A DNA stretch of 48,645 bases from contig JAHBMJ010000418.1 in assembly GCA_018398765.1 (NCBI GenBank), forward strand, positions 1 to 48,645, given 5' to 3'. Each line of letters starts with the position of its first letter. The first letter of the stretch is position 1. Both the position numbers and the translations under genes were made by a program. Below the pieces are notes generated by a model, which searched no databases, was not told the DNA's origin, and was given only the letters and a program-made list of their open reading frames with translations. Below are positions 23,478-35,900 of this stretch, piece by piece. Origin of the DNA: Chromera velia. Its lineage: Eukaryota.

Positions 23478-23976
23478 CACTGTTCGTAAATGAGTAAGAC
23501 AGCAACGGGGTCAAAGGGGCCATATATAAACGGCGGTGAGCTGGCGGTGTTTTCTTTTTCCGTTGAGAGGAGTGACTTTGGGATCATCACACCTGCATGT
23601 ACCACTCTGTTTCTGTCTCAGAGTCTCCATCCACTCTGACAGATGCAAATTTGCTGGTTGCAGGACCGCGCAGGACCGCCGCCTGGAGAACAATCTCGGC
23701 ATGCAGAAGGCAATGCATTTGGACTGCAACGAATGCGAAAACAACGCGAGCAACCCGCTCATATGGCCCCTTTGATCCCGTTGCTGTCTTACTCATTTAT
23801 GCTTATGGCCCCTTTGATCCCGTTGCTGTCTTAGTCATGTATGCTTATGGCCCCTTTGATCCCGTTGCTGTCTTAGTCATGTATGCTTGTGGCCCCTTTG
23901 ATCCCGTTGCTGTCTCAGTCATGTATGCTTATGGCCCCTTTGATCCCGTTGCTGTCTTACTCATTTATGAACAGTC
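23478..23976. mobile_element. Small non-autonomous TIR element (46-bp TIRs, CACTG left end)
   Basis: 23479-23524 is the reverse complement of 23930-23975 at 44/46 positions. No transposase ORF inside. Confidence 0.65.
23762..23975. repeat. Five tandem copies of a 42-bp unit TATGGCCCCTTTGATCCCGTTGCTGTCTTAGTCATGTATGCT
   Basis: Directly visible; the unit equals the inner part of the TIR. Confidence 0.95.
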
Positions 23977-24593
23977 TGAGAAAACAGGGAAGTGTGTGTG
24001 TGTGTGTAAAAGGCAATGCCTTTGGACTGCAACGAATGCGGAAACAACGCGATCAAGGAGATGATTGAGGAAACTTTTCCTTAATTTCTTTACGAAAGCT
24101 CCTTGTTGTTTCTTCCTCTTCCCCTTTTTCCATGCTCAATCGTTTCCCTCTTCCATGGCCTGGCTTGCGTTATATCGGTGTGGCCTTTCACGAGTGCGGC
24201 GATTCCCTGGGAGGACCTCTCCTTGGTTTTGTTTCTTTCTCAACTGTTGCTCTTTTCTTGTTCTTTCTGGCTATGTCCCCTTGATCGGCCGCGCCCATGC
24301 AACCCTCATGCAATCATCAATGCGTCCGTCCGTCCGTCTACGCTGCATGCACGCACGTGGTGGAAAGAATCTGATCGATTTCTCGAACCACACACATCTC
24401 ATAGATCTGAAGCAAATCAGTGGACCCTACCTACAACTCGCAAAGTCATGTCCTCCGTCCCAAAGCGACACAAAGCGACTGCCAGTGACCGACGTCCCAA
24501 AGCGACACAAAGCGACTTCCAGTGACTGACGCAGACTCGGAAGCGTTTCGCAATTTCTTTCTTTACCTATCGTAATTTTCAGCTTTTAAAAAC

Positions 24594-26340
24594 ATGAGGT
24601 GTATCTTTTTGGCATTGGTGCTTTTGTTTGCTGGGGCTCTCGCCGTGAAGCGAAGCAAATCAGAGCCTTGGAACGTCAACAAGGCTGCGGAACGGAGAGC
24701 AGGCTCTTTGAACGAGTAAGCGAAGGCGATTATAAGCGTAGAGAGGAATCAAAGTGACTGACCTCGTTGCTCTGTTCAATCCTTCTAATGCATAGACCCC
24801 CATCAGCGGAGAACGCATATTTGTTTCTCGAGATTCCATGCAGTACTCTGCTTTGCGAGGCTGCAGGAAGCCTAAGGAAGACCCAAAAAAGCAGTATATA
24901 GTTGCATGCGTTCTTGATCCAGGGGACGATGCATGGAGTGGCATTGATGACCAACTCAGGCTCTATAGAGAACTGCAGTCCCTCATTCATGCATCTGCAC
25001 AAATCCCTGAGCAAAAGAGCAGAGGTACAACATCCCTATCAGCATCCCTGACGAGGAGCAGACTGTCGAAGCGATTTGCATCACGGGTGGGCCCTCGCAT
25101 TGGCAGAGTCTGATGAGGAATATGAAGGAAAAAGATGGCTGCGAGATCGAAATGGAGTTTCATGCAGAGGAGGATGGGAATCTTCCCTCGACTTGAGGCC
25201 CAGGATGGAAACTTCTCTTCTGCATGCGACTATAAAGTGACTGATGGACAGCTGAAGAAGGCAGGGGTAGACGTTCTCCTTGCAGTGTACCTGTTCTTCC
25301 TTCAATCTCTTCCGTAGGGGGGGATGGGCGCGACCCGATACTCTGCGTGAAGGTCCGAAATTTTACGCATGCAAGCTTCGGTCCATTGTCAAAACGACAA
25401 TGAACTTCCACCTGCTTTTTTGTGCATGGTGGCAGATATTGATACGCTGTTTGGCTTTTTCTCTCTCTTTGACTGTTTGTATCCATGTCTGTGTTTTCAC
25501 GTGTGTACATATGCGTCTGTCGGTGTTTGCGCTTTTCCAATCAATAAGTATCGGTTGGTATCGGTTCGTAATGCTTTACTGCAGGCGGAGGGGAGATGAA
25601 GAGGGCCTAGTGCTCACAAGGAAGACGAAAGCCAAAATCATGGCAGTCTCTAGCTCCCTCCCAGGCACACCCTGCTGTTCGGGAGCGAAGCGGAGCGGGG
25701 TGTATCACGCTCATATCTTTCAGGCAATTAAGATGAGACAGCTTTCCGTGGAGCCGTTCGGCGTCCTGGCTGTCAGCCAGGTCTCGAGCCAGTGCGATGA
25801 AACAGATATTCTCGAGAGAGAAGATTTTGCAATGAACATCTTGAACACCCTTGCCCAGGGGTTCGGATGGGTGAAGCAGCCGAACGCGGGGAGGACACTG
25901 TCATAGTCTGTGACCTACGTACGTGCCAAGCCTTGCATGCGAACGCAGGAGACAACAAGGCCAAGGCAACGAACACGAAACGAGATAGAAAACATCCTGA
26001 CTTATACCGAGTGGTGACTGCTTGGTTGCTTCTTCTTCACTCCACGAGTGCCATGCCAGGCTCCTGTTGAGACGTCGCTGGTTGCGTTCGTGCATGCCGT
26101 ACGTTGGGGTTTACATGGGGGCGAAAGAAGTGAGAGACCCCAGATTGGATTGGAAGGGCCCGGTGGTGGTGGCGGGACGTTTGACTGATCGGGGGGGGGG
26201 GGCTTTGATGCAGTCGGAAGGCCGGTCTTCGCTCAGAGTATGCCGATATATGACCGGTCTGTGTGGTAGGGCAGCCTGAGGGAGTGCCCCTGGGAATGCT
26301 CCTGCCGTGCACTTCTCCTTGAGGTTTTGTATGTACAGGC
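24594..26340 (+). CDS. Multi-exon gene or pseudogene A: putative secreted protein of unknown family; exon 1 = 24594-24715, 3' end uncertain
   Basis: MRCIFLALVLLFAGALAVKRSKSEPWNVNKAAERRAGSLN then donor GTAAGC at 24716. Acceptor CATCAG at 24806 joins in frame to the 24838 ORF. Paralogous to the gene at 37497. Confidence 0.55.
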
Positions 26341-26766
26341 GTAACGTTCTACGGTTGTCGACGTTGCTAATCTTAGTTGACCGTTTACGTGCGCTGTCCG
26401 ATTTCACCTTGGATGCAGGCAAGCAGACCCCCAAATCAACATTCTGAACGTGAACAGAACTTCACGAAAACGGAAGGGTCAGTTCCGAATGCATTCAGAA
26501 TATGTCGGCTTCGTGTTGTTTCTCTGTTTGTGGTGACTGTCTTATTTTCTGCTCTCTCATACACGGTCACCGTGATTTCCAACCTCTTCACTGAGTTTTT
26601 TTTCGATCAGTGGCAGCTGTGACGCTTGCATGCAGTATTTAGTGAAAAGAGTTTATTCCCGATCGAGATTCTTGATCTTCCGTTGCAAAAATTAATTTGC
26701 CAAGCGGCGGTTTTTCGTCGGCGGTTGCATCAATTTCTGAAGTTGCGTCTGTCTTCTGCACTGCAG

Positions 26767-27940
26767 ATCCGTAAGTCCCCGTCCTTCCGCTTGGAAGGGC
26801 AAAAGGGACCCTCGATCCGGGCACGACGTGGCATCAGCCACGAAAGCACGTACTTGTGGCCCTGTGCCAGAAGGAACCAACGTGCTTGCACGTTGGAATT
26901 TCCTTCCGTACAAGAGGGAAGTGGAGGAACTTCGCGTACAGGAAAGAAAAGAACTACAGGGAGTTGGAGAAGGGAGAGAAGAACGGGGACCTCGCGCCAG
27001 TGACCCCGCCGGAGGACCCCTCCATGCCGGGGCCCTCCAGTGTGCCTGCCGCTCCCCCTGGATCTGCTCATGAGATCCAGGGAGAGGCGAAGGGGGGAAA
27101 GAAAAGGAAAGGAGAGGCAGCAGAGGACTCCTCTCCCCTTCATGACATGTGCGTGTGGGGCCTGTACGACCCCGCGGAATTCGGCCTCATCCTCGACGTG
27201 ACAGGGCACCCGTTTTTCTTGGTCAGTCCAATAGATTGGTTTTGACATTTTGTTTGGTTAGCATGAGATACCATGAGGCTGAAAACTGGAGGCAGACGGG
27301 ACGGGAAAAGGAGCCTTAGGGATGCAGAAGCAGAGAAATGCAGAGAAGTTCTCCGCAGTCCGATCGTCTTTCGCGACTATATGCCTCAAAGTGAGTTCGT
27401 CTGACAGAGGGTCAAGTACAGCGATACTATAGTAGCTGCGGTACGGGCTATAGTACAAGCACAGGCCTGACAGTGTGCTTCACAGGCATAGCCTTCCCTG
27501 TCCTGCTATATAGAAGAAAAGAAAGACATTGAACGTTCCAAGGCTGGGCATTCTAACATCACATCCTGATTGACGACCAGATCGACCTGCCAGTGCATGG
27601 AAGGGAACTACGCTCGTTCCATTCAGAAATACTTCGGCACCGCAATTCCCTGCCAAGACAAATGCAAAAAGGTAAGCAAAGGTGTTCTACTTGTGGATTT
27701 GCTGTTTTTTTAGTATTTGCATCTATGAAAGTTGTTTTGACTTGTACATGTCGTGTCTGAATGCAGGAGATTGTCGGAATCGCGTTCGTCAACCCTGATA
27801 CGCCGGAGACGCATGGAGGGAAGTATTTCGTGAACTGCCTGACTCTCAGCGAGTACGCCAATCGGAAGCACAACGTCTGTGGTGGCGCTCAGTGGACTCA
27901 ACTGATGAACGCCAAGATCATCTGTGCCCTGAACGTTCTT
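26767..27940 (+). pseudogene. Spliced gene fragment of unknown function, broken by a Tc1-like piece
   Basis: Coding-like exons with donors TG|GTCAGT (~27222) and AAG|GTAAGC (27672) and acceptor TGCAG at 27766. Peptides DMCVWGLYDPAEFGLILDVTGHPFF and EIVGIAFVNPDTPETHGGKYFVNCL. Confidence 0.4.
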
Positions 27941-27979
27941 TTCCTGTTTCCTCTGTACACCAGGTCCTCCCGTTCCCCC

Positions 27980-28135
27980 CTAATGGGTTTTCCTTTTCAA
28001 AGCACCACAAAAGCATCCCCCCATTTCAAAGAGAGACAAAGAAGAAAAGACGTGAGTGGGCAAAAGAAACGAAGGCATACAACTGGGCATGGAACAAACT
28101 TGTTTTCACTGATGAGTCTGCATTTCTTTTGGGCA
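27980..28135 (+). mobile_element. Tc1/mariner/IS630-type transposase fragment
   Basis: KKRREWAKETKAYNWAWNKLVFTDESAF matches R..WA......W..++F(S/T)DES.F, covering only the first catalytic Asp. Confidence 0.75.
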
Positions 28136-29426
28136 TTCAGAAGCATTCAGGCACGAAACGGATGGCTGTGATCCTTAAACTTTCAAAAAAAAGGAGGCGA
28201 CACAGGGTTTCGCGTAGATCGTAGAAAAGCGCGAGGAGAAGATCTTATCACAAACCGTTGTCTTGCTTCGGCAGAAGCGTACGAAATGCAGAGACGTTTG
28301 AAGCTGTTGTAAATAAGCGAAAGGCTGTACAAAGAGAGAAGAAGAAGCTTCGAATAACTGACCTGTCTGTGACTCCTTTATTCATTGCAAAAAGCAACAC
28401 TTTATGTCAAAACTCCTTCAAGTCAACTCACGTCTCACATTTGCGCTTATTGAAAGATGCTCCAATTTCCGCCCTCTTGTGGAAGAACCCTGGGGCGAGA
28501 CTTTCACTGAAGACGACCTCGCGCTTTTGCGGGAAGGATCCTATGAGCCGATGCATGAGCAGAACAAAGTTGACCAAGCAACGTCAGAATGTTCGATTGT
28601 GAAAAAGGGCCGGGCGTGCCCCGTGATGGAGGGGAGGGGGGGGACACGATTGAGGTTCTTGCAATCCCCACCCGCCTCCAAGGTGGACAGTACACGTTCG
28701 AGGTCAAGACAAGCGAATTCGGCCGCTGGAGGATAATTCCATGTGTTCAATACAAACCACCCACCTCCCGAGACAGGTGCCCAGAGATTTAAAGCGACCC
28801 GAGGTTCAGAAAGATCCTCCTTGAGGTTTCCGAAACTTATGGCAGTTGCCGGGCGGGGGAGGCGCGTAGAGTTCAAACCGCTGTACAAAGCTGTTCCAAA
28901 GGCAGCGGGAAAGTCACTTACGTACGCGCAGGCCAGTGAGAAGGGGTGTGTAACTGTGTACACATGTGTTTGCATTTCATTTGTTGATCGGAGAGATCGG
29001 AGAGAATAGAAATCTGACAGAAAGCTCCCGTGAAAATTCAACTATATTTTACCTTTTCTTGCCTTTTCCCCGCGTATTTGCTTTACGTTGTTTTGTTGCA
29101 GCTCAAGTGCCCTCCCCAAGTGATTTTTGCTCAATTTTTTTTCATGTAACTGCGGCGTCTTCTGTTGCGTCCCTCCGGGCGGTGACACTGTGCGATCCTC
29201 AGGGGGTGCGATTGAAATGGTGAGTGCTTGTTGTTGATTGAGGCATGTAGATATGGTCAATTGATCGAATTGATCATGATTTGGATCGATGTTGATTCCC
29301 AAATATCAAATACGCATATCTTTTTTAAAAAGCCCAACCTTGACTCGAAGGCAAGTACAAGCTGCATAAGACCCAATTCAAAGAAAAGGTGTTCGCTGTT
29401 TATTTGCGCTTCGGGCCGCGAGAACT

Positions 29427-31020
29427 GAAGTATTTGACTTCACCATCGAAAACTTTGACCTTGTTTGGTCAAGAACGATGTCGAAGGAGCACCCTGACAA
29501 TCGAGAAGCGTGGAAAGACATGTGGAGCACTCTGCAAGGTACTTGGTTGCTGCACCCCATCGACCCACAGCGGATCAGTGAGGTGCCTGTCGAGCGGACT
29601 GGCGAGCCGTGTCACGTTGCGTACGCACTTCAAGTGAGCTCTTAATTCTCAGCTCTCCACCTTTTGATTCTTTTTTGATTGTCTATGGATACGGATCGTC
29701 TTCCCTCTGCGCGCCTGACGGTCGTCCTCTAGTCGTCACACTCTGTGCCTCTGTTTGCAGACTTGCTCTGTTTTTTTCAGGAAGTACGTGCAGACACTTC
29801 AATGAAAGGGACATTTGGCTGCATGGTGTTCGTTGTCAGAATGTGGGAATCAGTAAGTGCTCTCTCCTCTTCCATCGCGGACAAATGCACGGACACCGCT
29901 ACGAAATTGTTTTTTACTGTGAATCCTTCCCTATATATACCGCAGCTTTGCCAAACGTATGCCATGAAGCTTATGCTACAGAGTCTCTGTCGCACTGTGC
30001 GCCGGCCCCCTCTGTCCGTCTCCATGATGCACCGCGCACCGCAATACAACCACAGGACCGTATTTCTTTGGATGAGAAATCATGTCAACATAAAACGGAC
30101 TTCTGCAGAGTCTGTTGGCGGGAGCCGGGGGGCAGTTGGCTTTTCCCACGCTAAGCCTTTTCGCCCCACAGGCCCAGGGGGGGGGGTTCGGCATGTCTCT
30201 GCAACCTCACCCTCAGCCGTCTCTCTCCGGCCCGGGGGCCCCCCAGCAACAGCAGCAGGCCGTCGCCTCTTCGTTTCTGTCCGCCCCGGGGGTCCCACGG
30301 CAACAGGTCGGACAGGTCCCCATGCAGCAGCAGCAGCAGCAGGGCAGCGGTATGCCCCTGCAGCAGCAGCATGTGCAAGAACAACAAGCCCCTGTGCCCC
30401 CTGTGGAACAACAAGAGTGGAATGAGCACAAAAATTTGGAGAGAATGGGAGAGCTCCAACAGGCAAAAGAAAGATTCATTGAAAAACAAAGGGAGGAGGA
30501 GGAGAAAGAGAAGGAGCGTTTGAGAATGTTGCCGGCATACAGAGCAATGCTTGAGGCGTTTCCGGAATTTGTTCGCCCCCACTTGGGAGGGAGAGGGCTA
30601 AGAGAGAACGAAGACGGCTCATGCACCTCTGCATGGTCACCCTCAAACAAACAACCAGAGGTGGGAGAGTTGATTCAAATTTGGTATCGCTGTGATGGGG
30701 ACCATGGGGGCCCCGGGGTGAGAAAACAGGAACGGGCGCGTGTCGAGATGCGGGGGATTCATGATACGACTCGGGAGGGATATTCGTATATCAGGTGGGT
30801 AAACCCTCTCCACATCCCAACAAAGACAGGGTCGAAAATCATCAGCGACCAGTCCGGAGGGGCGTGGCTGCCCCTTCATCAGATGGAGTGGTCAAAGATC
30901 ACAGGACCAGAGGAAGTGAAATTAAAGAGGCTCCTTGGCACGTTGGGCTGGGGGAGGCCCATTGGGAAAGCAGCTTCTTCTTCTTCATCATCTAGCTCTT
31001 CATGCTCTTCAGCAGTTTGA
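29427..31020 (+). CDS. Multi-exon hypothetical gene; terminal exon 30109-31020 with Q-rich region, coiled coil and Tudor/SH3-like segment
   Basis: Open 303-codon exon after acceptor TTCTGCAG (30108). Upstream exon EVFDFTIENFDLVWSRTMSKEHPDNREAWKDMWSTLQ ends at donor G|GTACTT (~29539). 5' end not resolved. Confidence 0.55.
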
Positions 31021-31074
31021 TTTCGGTTGCACAACACACTTACAACATACGTTAATTTGCTAGAACATCTATGA

Positions 31075-31290
31075 AAAAAGAAGAAAAAAATTCTAGTATT
31101 TTTTTAAGTGTCTTTTCTAGTTATTTTTCTAATAATTTTTCAACTAATTTTTTAAGTGTTTTTTCTAGTGATTTTTCTAGTAATTTATAAAATGTTTTTT
31201 CTAGTAATTTTTCTGGTAATTTTGAAAGTGTTTTTTCCAGTGAGTTCTCTAATAATTTTTCTAGCGAGTTTTTTAGTGATTTTTATATGT
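31075..31290. repeat. AT-rich degenerate ~12-bp tandem repeat (TTTTTCTAGTAA-like)
   Basis: TTTTCTAGT variants recur roughly every 12 nt. Confidence 0.75.
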
Positions 31291-31516
31291 TTCTATCAAA
31301 TCAACTATAGCTTCAGTCATTGTTACTTCAGTCCTTGCTATAACTCTTTTTAGTTTCTCGTTTGCTTGTCTAGCAGGTGAACAAATGTGAACTGAATTGT
31401 CAAAAATTATTAAAAATTTATATACATTAGTTGAATGAAAAAAATACATATAATTTATATAAATTTGTACAGCATCTTTTTGGCTTCTTGAATGCATCAA
31501 TATCAAAACTATAAAG

Positions 31517-32321
31517 TTAAGAAATGTCAAAGTGCGGTGGGTTGGCGACTGCATACACATATTCATCTCCATATTTAATTCGAACACAAGAGAAGAGGAA
31601 GCCACGGCGAACATTTGAGGTCTCAACGGTACCTCTTTCTCCAATCCGAAAAATTGGTTGCTTGGCTTCTGGGATCCTGTTTTCCAACTCTTGACAACGA
31701 ACAAGAATTTCTGCAGTTTGTTTTTCTGGGTTCTGTGAGACGTGAATACGAAAAAATTGACCATCAATTTTCAAAAACACGTGTCGTCCTTGAAAGTTTC
31801 TCTCATTCCCTTGCTTTGCTGAGTGCAGACTCTGCAATTCCGTGGGAATTTCTGCTCCCCAAATTCCTTCAAAGAAATTCATGTACGCAAGGAGGTTTGT
31901 GACTGCGGGGCTGATTGCATTGCTGTTTTTGTACGTCTGCTTGATAAAACCCATCAGCGTTTCATCCATGAACTCCCAAAAATCCCGCAAGCAGTCCATC
32001 ATGGGGAGATAGACATCCGTCAAATGGGCGCACGTTCGCATTCTTGTACAGCTTGTAATACAAGTCAAAAAAGGGGGGGAGGAGTGCTTCGATTCGATTA
32101 ATTCTCTCTTGAAGAGGTGCTCCGCGAGAGAAAGCAAGCGCAAACACTCGAAGGTGCAGTGCTAAGCAGCGTAAGTGCTCCATCCCCCTCTGATCGTTGT
32201 CTCTGAAGTGAGTTGCGAAACACCAGAAAAGGGGCCAAGCATACCACAGAGTCATCGAGGCAGTGACTCCAAGCTTGTGTCCTTCTCCGTCCTCTGCATC
32301 TTGAAAGCTTTGTGGTTTCAA
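31517..32321 (-). mobile_element. C-terminal fragment of a CMC (EnSpm/CACTA-Mirage-Chapaev) or Plavaka-like DDE transposase, frameshifted
   Basis: RTCAHLTDVYLPMMDCLRDFWEFMDETLMGFIK resembles the H...H....GP...W.F..E...G.+K motif carrying the last catalytic Glu in these families. A helical segment lies upstream in the overlapping ORF 31962..32321. Confidence 0.5.
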
Positions 32322-32353
32322 AGTACGTGCCCTGTGGCTGGTGGAAATAGGAG

Positions 32354-32863
32354 TATGGCAGATCTCCTTACTGAGAAAGGAATGAAGCTAGGAATAGAGG
32401 GAGGGCGTGACATGGAAAAAGGCATGGGAAAAAGCCTGGAAAAGCAAATGGAAGAAAGAATGGAAGAAGAATTGGAAGAGCCTCTTTCAGGGGCTCGACG
32501 GGCCATGGCATGTCCGAGCAGAAGAGCCTCTTCCAGGGGCCTCGTCAAAAACAGGGAAGAGGAAGAAATAAAGGAAGAGAAGAGAGAAGGAAAAAGGAAA
32601 AAGATGAAATAAAACAAATAGAGACCGACTAGAATAGAATACAGAAAACAGAAGAGGAAACGGAAGAGGTGTTGGAAGAAATGAGCTTAAAATCAATACA
32701 GAGAGAAGTAATTATGGAAGTCCGTATGGAAGAGCAAATAGCGAAAGACTTGGACTTTGAGAAGAGCAAACGGAAGGAAATGTCGAAAATCAAATTTCAT
32801 CTTGTCATTTTGTCGGACCCAGCTCAGACAGAGGACTTCCGACATCAACCCTCCAGCCTTTGA
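32354..32863 (+). pseudogene. Broken E/K/G-rich coiled-coil fragment
   Basis: MADLLTEKGMKLGIEGGRDMEKGMGKSLEK..., resembling the E.G...G repeats of Rpn/PD-(D/E)XK nuclease tails; interrupted by stops. Confidence 0.25.
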
Positions 32864-32959
32864 GAAAACTCCTGAGAAGTGAACCTCGAGTGACTTCAGC
32901 ATACTAGCTACCCTACCGTCAGCAAAACGCTACCAGGGTTCCGGAGTCAGATAAGAAGA

Positions 32960-35900
32960 CCGCTACACCTGGCCACTCAGAGGGGACAGGCGAGGAACAG
33001 AGATCTGCAAGAGCGACTATAGCTGGATCAAGAAAGTCTCAGTCTGATTGGGTCTCAGTTGGCCTGCTTTTGCTGGAGAAAACCCTTCACACCCCCAGTG
33101 ATCAAGAAGTACTCTTGAGATGCAAGATATTCCAAGAGCGGGGTTGCACACTCGAAGGGAGATTGGCGGCGCGAGTTCCAGGACGCGGTGCAGCGCGTCA
33201 TAGGCACGGGCCGATTGACGGAGGACCAGTATCGGCTCCTCAGCCACAACTGTTGGTGTATTGTGCGCGACGTGTTCCGTGGGATGAGAACTTCTGAGAT
33301 GGGGACCTCAGAACAAGAGGAAAAGCACAGGGGCTCATCTCACCTCCCTGCACTATCTTCCGTATATTACGGCATCTGCACATTGACCTCTTTGTCGACT
33401 TCGATCTCCAGTCTAGATCTACAGATTCCCCGCAAAACAATTTTTTGAATGTACTCAACGTTTCGCATGAAGTTCGAGAACAAGCCTGCAGACCTTCAAA
33501 TTGGACTGGCTGGACATAGTGTTCCATTGGACAATTGCTGCAATTCTCTCGACACGATCAAGAAGTCAGGGCGCTATACAGCTTGGGAGTTATTGCACAG
33601 AGTCATTTTGAAATTAATGGATATGTTTTGTCAGGGGACTGTCGGCTGGGTCACTGCTTTTGGTTTGGAGTGATGCGATCGCGGTGCTGCAGGCCTCCTT
33701 CCAGAATGATTTTGCTTTTGCTAGAAGGGGTCAGGGCAGCCACCGGCGCAAAGAATATACCCCTACAACAGTAGCCCGAGACCAGCCCGACTCAGACGAT
33801 GAGGGAAAGACTATTTGAGAAAGAACGTCTAAAGGGCCTCACTCTTCGACATGCTCAAGGTTTGGCAGATATTGGTATGAGAAATGCAGAAATTATTGAT
33901 GAAACAAGTCAGCAGCCGTCTGAAGCCTATCGCCCGACCCCATCTCGCGGCAGGTCTGCATGGACCAAGTCGGGACTCTCCAGACCATGCATTGCACAGT
34001 CTCAAATGCTCTCTGTCTCTCCCTCTTCGATGCTTTTTTAGGTGACACAAGTGATTCACTTGTTTCCGGCAGACAGAAGGTTGACAGAACATAGATCGAT
34101 CGTTTGCCTGTCTTCCCATCGGCGCTCGCCCCCGATCAAAGTAGACGGGTTCGTTTTTTTTACAAGTGCCGTCAGCAAGGTGTAATTTCATTCATCTGTT
34201 CCCTCCGGTCAGTGTAGCTCACCGAACCTCGTTCCTTTGCCCAATTTCAATCCAGCAACCATGCAACAGAAAGTCAAGAGGCGCCCCTCCTGGTCGTTCG
34301 CCTGATGCAATGAAGTCCTGGGATGCAATGCTTCACCTTGTTTGGTTTCTCGAAAAGTTCCTCTTTTTGAACCAAGGGCACGTCCCTCTTTTCCTGGAGG
34401 AGATAGCTGACTTCCTCCTCGAAAAACAAGCTGAGTCATACCTCAATATCAAAGAACTGATGGGGTTCATGACGGTTGAGGAGGACTCCATTCTCGGTAG
34501 TGTTCCTCTGATTTCTGCAAAAGCTATCAAAAACCTTCGTGAAAGGCTTCAATCAGTGAGTTTGGGAACTGACTGCATGCATGTTGTCTTTCTCAGGAGT
34601 CGGATGGTCCAACTCAAGCTTGTACCAAGCACCTCAGCGGCTGCCCTGCAGGTCCTCCATCCCGCAGACCCTGCCTACAAAGCCCTAGGAAAAGTGAGCT
34701 ATTGTCACAACCAATTCAAACACGCCTCAGAACAAATCGCACAAACGCCATACTCCTCCACGACATGACAAACAATCGGTTCTGTCCGCGCTCCACGTGT
34801 ATTGTTCTTTTCACCGTCGCATTTGAAACTCCGCTTCCGTTCAGAGTCCAAACTTGTGATGATCCAATGTCGGTGTTCAAAGTACTGCAAGTGACCGTTC
34901 TGCTGAAGCAGTCGATATAGATCTGTGTGTTGGTTGTCGTTGAAAGAGCGGATGGGAGCAGGCGGCGGTGGAGGTAGACATGGGAAGAACTGCACTTTTT
35001 TTCTTTCCCCCCCCCAAAACTGCCATCAACCTCCCCCATCCGACTCCAGTCAGACCAGTCTTCAGTCTTCAGTTTCTATGGCCTCCCACCAAGCCCTGTC
35101 CCTCATCCCTCCCACTGAGTCGGAGTCGGACTCAGGGGATGAGATCTCTGAGCGTGCCGAGATACCTCCTTAATTCCTCTGAAAGGAACCATGGGACATC
35201 TTTTGGACAAGGAACCTCCAATCAAGTCAAAATGTTGCTCCTTTTTTATTAATACAAAAAACGCCGAGGAAATCTTTTTCTGGGGACCAGTCACCACGCT
35301 CCGTTGGAATGATGATCGCATTTTTCCTCCTCTCATTTGTCATGGGAATGTTGGGAGGAAAGGAGCTGGCTCTTCAGTCCATCATCGATCAGTCGACTAT
35401 CATTGTGGTCGGTCCGGAATCCAAATCGACTTTTGCTTCAAATTGAATTGTTTTCAAATTGTGGCTTTGCAATGATGATTGGATTGAATGTGCTTACACG
35501 CGCGGTTTCAAAAACTCCACCCGGAGTGTCAAAGACTCCTTCCAGGTGTCTTTGCTCGATCTGAAGGAGTCAATCGAGACCACGCTTGAGGAGCAGCTGA
35601 ACGAGAGGCACAAAGTTTTGAAGTGTCCTTGACGAATCTGAACGAGGTGCGTTCTCAGCCGTGCACTGTGGTAGTCAGCATCCGCGTGTCTATTCACAGA
35701 GAACCTGGAAAACCTCATTTGAAAGGAATCTTGTCGGGAGCCTGACCTATAACTTATCCGCTTCATTTGCACGTGTGTCAGGTGCCTATGTCACGTGTAT
35801 CCTTTGCTGCGTTTTCTCTCCGGCAGGAGACCACACAACGATTCGCGGCCCACATCGAACTTGGGGTGTCACGCGACGGGGAGTATGTTGGTATGGGACC

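Noticed and set aside
23762..23975. Regular repeat array as a possible CRISPR
   Set aside because: The units are contiguous 42-mers with no unique spacers, no cas genes are present, and the context is eukaryotic.
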